From Paramecium tetraurelia (Eukaryota), in assembly GCA_000165425.1 (NCBI GenBank), contig CT868208.1, positions 310,001 to 374,000 of the forward strand: DNA of 64,000 nucleotides. The letters run 5' to 3'. The notes beneath the pieces are model-generated. The model saw nothing but the letters and a program-made list of their open reading frames with translations, ran no database searches and was not told the DNA's origin. The position numbers and the translations under genes were made by a program. This document shows positions 55,014 through 64,000 of this stretch, one piece after another. Positions within the stretch are counted from its first letter, which is position 1. Each line of letters opens with the position of its first letter.

Positions 55014-56906
55014 ATGGAATAAATAATTTAGAATGATAATTTAGTGATGTTATAGTAAAAAATATTAAGCTATCCAAAAACAAATGAGGATCTTAAAGTA
55101 CTTTTTATATTAATGATAAGACTATGGCATCAATAATAAAAGTAACATAAATTTTCAACAAATTAAATGAGCTTTATCATCAACAACTATCACAAGAAGG
55201 ATAAATAAAAGTAAATTGATATGATTTGATTAGCTCTGTAATTATTTAGAACTTAAAAGTTATGAACTTGGTTAATAAGTGTAAACAAGTCAAAACTTCG
55301 CCGTATAGCTTATTCTAAAAGGATAAGTCGAAGTTTATTTTTTGGAAGAGGGATACTTCTATAATCACGAAAAATACCTCTAAACTTTAGATCCTTTATT
55401 TTACATAGAAGAGGACTTTATCTTTGACAAAATAAAATATCAGCAAAATCAACTTATTTATAAAGCATCCTTTAATAATTCAGTGTTGTTGATGATAAAT
55501 AAAAGAGAATGCGATGAAATCTATAAATATTATGGGGAGATATTTTTGTATAAGCATAGAACTTTATGCAAAATAATACCAGGTTTGGGAGAATTGAATT
55601 CTAAAAGAATATTAGAGTCTCTTGCTAATCAATTTGAGAATATAATCCTACCAAATTGCACTTAAATTACGGAGTAATAAAATAAGTTTAATATATTTAA
55701 GGGAAAATCAAATAGGAGAATACCTGTTCTTTTTAGCATAAGGTCATGTGTCTTTTCAAAAAAATAAAGAACATATATTTGATATGGAAGAGAGTGGGAT
55801 AATTGGAGATGAATTATTAGTCGATCCCGATCAAGATTAAAATAGTTTATAAACTTATTACTATACTGTAATTGCCAAATCAGCATAAGTTTTACTATAT
55901 AAAATCAAACTTAAGATCTTTTCACGCCTATTTCCAAATGCAATTATAAGACAAATTATTACTTAACATAAGTGTATATCTTGATGTTAAATTTAGAGAA
56001 ATAAGTGATAAGATTACTTGTTGGAAGCAAACCAATTGAGAAATAAAAATGTAATACCTCACCAACCAATGAAATTAAAAAATCTAAATCAACATTGATT
56101 TTTACAAAAGACACAATAAAGGCTTATGATAAAGTGGACATAGTATTTTAGTAATATTAAGTAGAAATCTTATAAAAAATTAGGTACCTAAACACAGTCG
56201 AGTATTAAAATTCAATAATAATTTGATGGATAAGTTCCATAAAAAGTTAAAAAATACAGGAAAAAAAATTACAATAAATGAGTTTGTTTAGTAAACAAAA
56301 TAAAGTGATGAACCTTAAATGAAATTATTAGAAAAAGTTGAGAATCCATATAATTTTGCCTCAAATGTAAACACAGAGGGTTTTCTAAAGAAATATTATT
56401 CAAATCTCATAAGAATTGGATTAGTAAAGCCTCCTTTGAGAGTAGCTCCTTAAAATTATGAAGCTATTCAAAGATCAAGAGTAATTTCAGCTATGAAATT
56501 AATTGAGCACACTCATAATTAATTAAAACCCAAGAGAGCGACAAGTGCTGCTTTCGGAAAAGCCGATCCATTACTTTCAATAAATGCTTTAGTGTCTACA
56601 AAGGAGAGTGAAATTAATGTTAGCACTCAGAAACTAATTGAGAAAAATAAAACAATGACTACAGTTTACCCTACTCCAAGAACGTAGTCATAACCTTAAT
56701 TGGGTTATCATACTAATGTAACTCCTAGATATTCATCTGTAATGGAAACACCTAAATGTGACACTCCTTAATCAAGATCAACAATGGCAAAATCATCATA
56801 GCAGGTTTTTAGACCATATTCTGGATTTATGGATCATACTTCACGTTTGTCTTAATAATCAGAAATCAATAAAAGATTAAAGAGGCCCAATCAACATTTT
56901 TTTTGA
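55014..56906 (+). CDS. Protein with degenerate cyclic-nucleotide-binding domains and S/T-rich tail
   Basis: YPKTNEDLK lead-in; GEYLFFLAQGHVSF..SGIIGDELL beta-roll pattern; same layout as 25839-27512. Confidence 0.62.
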
Positions 56907-56957
56907 GTATATTTTGTATAAAAATTCTATTTATATTTTGACATTATGAATAACAAA

Positions 56958-58501
56958 TCACTAACACTGCTTATTTGCATGAGTTAAATATTCTAACCCG
57001 TATCTTTTACCAAATACAACTCCATAATATATTTAAGAAATAATATTGGCTATGTCTAGACAAAAAACAATCAAAATTACGAAATATCCAATTTTGTATT
57101 TACCCAATAATATGTACCCTATTTTAGCAAAGACTGATCCTCCAATAATCTAAATAATATAACATTAATACAGCTAATCCAGTAAATAAAATTATGGTTT
57201 GCCAATCCAGGTAATGGTTAGTAAGAAGAGTAATTAAATTATTTAATGAAATCATTAAATAAATAAAGGCTGATGTCGCTGAAGCACATCTAGGAATTAA
57301 GCCACTATATAGTAAAGTAGGAACCATTACAAATCCAGCCCCCATTCCTAAGAATCCTGATACAAATCCAGCCATAAATCCACCAGCATATATCTTAAAA
57401 AACCTACTGATTGGAGTAAAGTATCTTTCTTTTGGCAAAAAGTTAATTTAATTAAATTGCTTCTCTTGACTTGTTCCAAATTACCAAATCAAATAATCGT
57501 ATAGGACATTGGCAACTATCAATATAAAAATCATAAAATCATTTTGCCAAGTGCAATCTTCGATTCCAACATATGAGGGTTTTTTAGGATTAGTCGATCT
57601 CATTTATATGAATATCTAATTATATAAAACATATCTCTTACTTAATTTAATCCAAACGAACCTAGAATAAAGAGAACTGGCATAGGAGGCAATATATTTT
57701 CCGATTCTTATTTAAATTATGAATAGAGAGATTGATTTAAACTGGCATTAGAAATTATGGATATCTTTCTCCTTTCTTTCATAGAATCTTCTTATTCTTA
57801 TTATTCTTACATCCCTTCCATATTCTGTAACTCTATTTTTGGATGTAAATTAGAATCATTTAAATTTGTGGTGCTTTCTTTTGCAGAATCACTAATTTTC
57901 AGTTCTGCTTCTTTAGCACTTTTAGCTAATTTACAGAATTATTCTATATATATACCTTTTTACCAAAGAATGGGAGCAACTCCAAATAAAAACAACTCTT
58001 ATAGTATGAGAGTGTATAATTGCGGTAGAAAAGACGCTAAGGAGGAACCAAGATTAGTGGCGAATGGAACAGCAAGATTAAAGATTATTGCAATTCTGTA
58101 GTTTATAATTGGTCTTCTATCGTCTTCAGGATTCCTAATATTGTTAAGGTTAATACTTTTCGAACATCAATAGAACTGTGTTAAGAAGTGTACCTCCAAA
58201 CATAAGACAATATGCTATATGAGTGGCTTCACTTTAAGAATAATTTAGAATCATTTCCAAAAGTGGTCCTTTCAATACTCCACCTAAAATCTAGTAGATT
58301 TATACCTCCCATTCCTCCTAGAATACCGACTCCAATCAATATTGGTGTGATGATATATGATATAATTATTCCAGCTTTTGGTGTAAATGGAGAATCATGT
58401 TAACATGAATATACTAATGTTGCTGCATTCAATTCACATTAACTAAATTACCCACAGGTATGAAAAAAGCCTGTCTAACCAGGTACGCACACTTCTGTCA
58501 T
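56958..58501 (-). CDS. TauE/SafE (sulfite exporter)-family multi-pass membrane protein
   Basis: Duplicated Gly-rich TM motifs GVGILGGMGG..GG and GGFMAGFVSGFLGMGAGFVMVP; RPIINYRIAIIF; PRCASATSAF. Confidence 0.88.
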
Positions 58502-58848
58502 TATAAAATATAATTAAGTTATTTTCAATGTTTAAATGAAAATTTGAACTGGATCCTCACTATATTATAATTTATATATTAAGATGATATATAATCTTTT
58601 GAAATGTTAAACAATTTTTATTTTACAAATTAATTTTCTATTTTCAATCATTGTCACCATTTCAAGGTTTAGAAAAAATAAAGAAAATACATGATTATGG
58701 ATTGAAGAATAATGATGCTTTTAATAATAAATTTTAAAACATATATGTATATATATGTGAGAATAATAAGAAATAAGTGAATGGAACAGAGAAGAAAGGC
58801 TTAAATTTATTATGATATGTTTCTTATAATTGTTTGATAAATAATAAT

Positions 58849-60488
58849 ATGTTTAAACCAAAAAGTTAGAAAGATCAATAATAACAGCCATTTTATTTGA
58901 GTTGGTTTGCAAATCAGGGGTACTTTAAATTGATTGGTAATTCAGTTTAGTGAAAACCTAAAGCGGGGAGGAACTGCACCACATTAATCTCGTAAGGAAA
59001 AAATGCCATTAAAAAGTCCATATTAACAACCTTTGATTACTGTTGTACATAATGTTCCAAACCCATACTTGAAAACTATGTGAGAAGTGTTTTCATTAAT
59101 ATAGATCACAGCCAAAAAGTTAATAAAATAATATCCAGCAGATTTCTAAAATTTACGCAGGTCAGTTTTAAAGCACTGTTAAAAGAAGAAGTCTTGAAAA
59201 GCGTTATGATGATGGGCCAAAGAGTGGAAGAGGATCATTTAAACCTTCTAGGACATTCACATAACAAATTTCAAGGCCCTTTCGATTTTCTGAGTAGTAA
59301 TAGAGTAGACCATAAACTCAATAAATCAATACTTTGGAACCTAAGTTAAATTGTGAAAATTTGCAAGTTGACAATTCAGATTCTGAACAATACACTCCTA
59401 GAGAATAGGAGTGTATTGAAATAGTAGATATGGACAATAATGATGATTACTCAAATAAATCAAATGAAGCTGATAGTGATGACAATTAAAACCTCCAATT
59501 GCCTACTTAAAACTAAGAAGAGAAGGAAATTCAAAAGAATGTCTCTTACGTACATAAATAAACTGAAGAACCAATTGCAAGCATGAGAAAAGCAACTGTT
59601 GGTCTAAATAGACCCTAAACATCTGAAGGTGTAAGAAGGAAAAGATTCATGAATTCAGATAAAAATGACTCAAAACATGCCTTTGAAACAAAGCAATCAG
59701 ATTTTGGGCTCTTAGATTACGAACCCCATGTTATCTAAGAGGAATGCTTAGAGAATTAAGAAATAATTCCAATTAACTTGAATTAACTGAATTCTCCTAA
59801 AGTATAAATTTTCATTTATTTTATAATCTAGGAATAGCTCTCCATACGTTCTGGATAAAGAAAAAAGTAGACAGAGTAAGTTTAGATTGATAATTTTGAT
59901 AAGAATGAAAGACCTCCTTCAAGACACAAAACACCTCCAAAGGCAACTGGATTAGAACTGCCCATTCAATCTGGCAATTAGAACTTCGATAGGGATGGCA
60001 TAGAAATCCCTATCAAGAATATGTATGCTCAAATTGATGAAATATGTAATGCTTCTCAATATTGTTTAAGCCAACTAGAATAATAATGTGGCAATTATTA
60101 AGGATAATGATGAATTTGATGATTTCGATTTAGGGTTCTTTAAAATGAATAATCAAGTTAATTTAAACAAGTTTCATTAAAGAGATGGATATCGAACTGA
60201 TGATGGAAGTAAGTAATTCTTTTTAACAAAGAAAAACAAGCTTCAGGATAAAAGCATCCTTAATCTGCTAATTTAAAGTATAATGGACTGGGATTCTAAA
60301 ATATCTCGTACTCTCCTATAAACAATCAGATTACTTCTGCTCATGGATTCAGAGCCAACGAAGAATAAATAGTTATCAAGTATAATTCTAGATCAGCCTT
60401 AAATAAGAACTAGAGCAATTAACCAGTCAAAGTACCCTTTCAAACTTCATTGGGTTAAGATTTCCTAAGATTATTTGCTAATGATTGA
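58849..60488 (+). CDS. Hypothetical low-complexity protein
   Basis: Spliced table-6 frame MFKPKSQKDQQQQPFYLSWFANQG...RPPSRHKTPPK...FLRLFAND-TGA. Confidence 0.62.
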
Positions 60489-60532
60489 ATCCACTAATAT
60501 ATTATTATAAATAAACAGTTATTATACTTTAA

Positions 60533-62647
60533 ATGTCAACAGCAGGGTACTTAAATAAATACAATAACAAGAAATAGAATGATACTAAATCAATTGTAAG
60601 TTAACAATCTAGTAAAAAGGTATCAAATCTATAATTTGTTTTAGAGTACAACTACAGATGTAAAAACAAAAGAAGACATATTGAATAAAATGCAATAGAA
60701 CGAAGAGAAGCACAGACAATTGATGATTGAAAATAATAAAAGGAGAAAGGAATAAGAAAAGAAACTCAAATTGCAAGAGGAGGAGAAGTAGAAATAAGCA
60801 GCTGCATTGCTTGATCAAAGAAAGAAAACAAAGGAATAGGCTTATATCAATTATTTAAGAAACAATACCAAATAAATATTGGCAGACTATTAACCCAGGT
60901 AAACTGATTATCCTAAGCAAAATCCAAAACCTCCATTGGAGAAGAAAGTATAAACAAATTACAATAATTTCGAAGCACTTGATCTAGAAGTATCCCAAGT
61001 TGCTAAGAACAAAAAATTGCCTCAAGAATTTTAAAAATAATGGGAAGATTTTGAAGTCATGAGGAAAAGTGAACTATTAGATAGTCTTGACTTAAGCATG
61101 GCTTAAAAATAAAAACCAACTCCAAATCAAAAAAAGAATGATCTACAACAATTACTAGGATTACCAGAGGAATGTAGTGATGACGAAGAAGATTTGTGGA
61201 AGAATACAATGAAAAATGGATAATTGGCTAAATAAAATGCAAAGCCTCCTTTATCCAAACCTGCTTAATGGGCTGAATAAGCAATGACTTAAGCAGACGA
61301 TGTCTTATCTAAAATGAGTTAAAAACAAGGGACAGAAAGAGATAAGAGAGAACAATCTTCATAAAAAATATAATAATAAGAACCATTAAATACTAAATAA
61401 AAATAAACTTCTTCATCAGTTCCCAAAAAAACTCCTCCAAATAAGAATTAAGAACATATGAAAATATTATAATAAAAAGAATAACAATTGCTGTCTCAAC
61501 AAATGCAAATTCAATAGCAAATATAATAAAATACTGTTGATACTAATTAGAATAACACTAATAATCCTTCTCATTAAAATCCTCCTCGAAAGCCTCCATA
61601 AAATATAAGAATTACTAATAAATAAATACATAAACAAGCTAGCAGTGTCCAAGATGAACAAAATCATATCTAAGAATTTCTTCAGGTATAGATTTGTGAT
61701 ATTATTATGATAGGAGGATCTTTAAAATATCAACGATATGGAAATGTAGATTTAACTTGAACTATTAAATTTGAATAAAGAGAACAAATAAAAGATAGAA
61801 TCAGTATAGTAAAAATATGGAGTGAGAAATTTGCAATCTTCCAATCAAGTAAACAGGGTAGTGTTTGTTTAGAATTAATATCCAAGTATTGTGCATTAAT
61901 ATTTTAGTAAAGTCCTAAGAAGATTAAATTGAGGCATCCTTATTGAAATTGGATATGATGCTTTAATAACCGCCTTAAAAACCAATAGAATAATAATAAT
62001 TTAATAATTAATAATAGCAATAATAAATAAGTTACACAATTCCGTTACAATAAAATATCTAACAGAATACTTATTAACAATAATAGACTTAATAACAACC
62101 AATTAATTAGTAAAATTATTAATAATAATTAAACCCTCAATAATATTAATAATTACTAGAATAGTAGAATTTTCTCTAGTAATAATTGATAAGGGCATAA
62201 TAATAGATATAATAGATGCAGTAATAAACACAACAAACAACATAAACTACTAATTAGCAATAGGGAGATTTTCCTCAATTTCCTTCTTATGTATTACATT
62301 AAGATCATTAGTCCTTTGTGTAAACATTCTCAAACGGAATACCTTAATAGTAATAGCATTAGTAATAGTAATAATAATAAACATTTAATTCTAAACCGAG
62401 GAATGTTATTTCAAGTGAAAATCAAAGCGTTTCAATAGTTTCATCATAATAGAACGATAAATATACTTTTGATCTAGATTTTGGAGTTCAAAAAAATCCC
62501 CAAAATACTTACACTCAATAAGCCTTAAAGAAAATGACTCAGAAGCAATCTTCAGTTAAATCAAATATTCCAATAGAGGAAGAAGAAGAGCCAGAGGAAG
62601 GTAAAATAGAAGTTAGAAAAGATTTAAGAAATCTACTTTTTGATTGA
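60533..62647 (+). CDS. Hypothetical coiled-coil, Gln-rich protein
   Basis: Spliced frame with E/K/Q coiled coil (EEKHRQLMIENNKRRKEQEKK) and Q-rich C-terminus ending KDLRNLLFD-TGA. Confidence 0.62.
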
Positions 62648-62690
62648 AATGCATAATTAGTAAATAAAATATCTTTATTATAATTATTTA

Positions 62691-64000
62691 ATGAATAATA
62701 CTCTCATCAACCTATCTGCAGAAATATTGCAAGCCTTAGACATTAAGAAATATTAATAAAAAGATGTAATTTGAGTTCTAAAATTACTTAGTTGAATCGA
62801 ACCACTTAGAGGCTGAGATAAAGCGAGCTAGGATATAATGATGGAAGGCCTATTTGTTTAAATAAAATCTACTAAGAGAGAGAGGACGAGGAAGTTTACA
62901 ATGAAATACGAATGAGGAAGGCAAAGCCCATGTATAAATTAATGTTTGGCACAGAATTTCATATCAAAGACTTATCAAACAGATTGAAAGTGTTGCTAAA
63001 AGAGTTGGGTGTTCATGTTGCAGCTGAAGATACAAGGGGATTGAGTAGTCAAATAACATTGGCATTTGTGGATATTTTAGAAGAAATATACATTATATAT
63101 AAGCAAACTGCAATGCAAGGAGAAGATGGCTAATAGTACTTCATGAAAAGTGTGATGAATGTATTGACTACATATAGAGGATATGACTTCATAATTATAG
63201 AACCCAATTATAATGAAGTTTAGCTTTCAGTACTTTACTCAACAATGTATGAGGTGGATAGTCAAATAGACAGGATAATGGCCTAGACTCTACATTAGGA
63301 AAATGATTAAAGTAAACAAATTATTGAGTATGGAACATTTAATGAGGACTTTAAAAATTATTAAGATGCTGTGAATATGGAACCATTAAATTTTGAATAC
63401 AATTGGGAAATCGAATATAAAGAAGAAGAGCAATAAGAAATGGAATAAATTGAAGTAATTGAAGATGCAGGGATTATCAATTATTTACCAGAATTTGATA
63501 AGCAATTTCATATATATATAGTGGAAGCATAGCCAGAAAAAAATTGGTAATAATTGATATATGAATTATTAAAAGACTTATGTGATAAGAATTTGTCAAA
63601 TTTAGTTTTGGAATAGAAATTTTATGGAATATTAAAAAATATATATGCTGCATAATATTTATTGATTCATAGAAAGGATATAGTTAAATTTTTGAGTAAT
63701 AAGAAATTCTTGGAATAATACAATTATTAATAGAAACAAAACATGAAAAATAAAGAGACAGCTTCTTCAAATTATCAATTACTTGCTAAAATTGGGATAG
63801 ATATTGATTAGGAAGAATTGTTGGTACTAAGAAAATTAGAACTTAAAAGTCTACAAAAAATATCGAGTACATTGTAAGAAGGTTTAATAGAATTTGATCC
63901 AGAATAATATACAAGAATGGAACAATAAACTTTGCTTAGATATTTTCCTACCTCTACAAGAACAGATAAATTAGAATATCTATATATACGAATTGATCCC
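62691..64000 (+). CDS. Hypothetical protein, 3' end runs off the window
   Basis: Long table-6 open frame containing the 62912-63133 ORF and continuing to the window edge. Confidence 0.6.

Overview
AT-rich, very gene-dense eukaryotic DNA. It reads as a ciliate macronuclear chromosome segment, most likely Paramecium. TAA/TAG encode Gln (translation table 6), TGA is the only stop, introns are tiny (about 20-35 nt, GT..AG) and many intergenic gaps are under 60 bp. The supplied standard-code ORF track is therefore fragmented and often in the wrong frame, so the genes below were re-translated by hand with table 6. About 33 protein genes are visible. They include CTNNBL1, a MORN protein, TTC21B/IFT139, a Kelch protein, RPN5, a Slo-family K+ channel, an AMPK/MARK-like kinase, an EF-hand protein, a monoglyceride lipase, three RING proteins, Brr6/Brl1, two cNMP-domain proteins, a GH85 ENGase, an FHA protein, a CDPK, a ZNFX1-like helicase, a TBC GAP, two PACRG copies, a CTD phosphatase, SNF8 and a TauE transporter. 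The three most notable observations are: (1) a ~0.9-kb essentially identical inverted duplication of PACRG, introns included, bracketing 6.6 kb; (2) an ENGase with an FBA-type N-glycan lectin domain inserted in it; (3) an apparently intronless ZNFX1-like helicase with ~25 NF-X1-type zinc fingers ending in a CaaX box. No RNA genes, telomeric repeats or intact transposases were recognised. All coordinates were read by hand and span introns.
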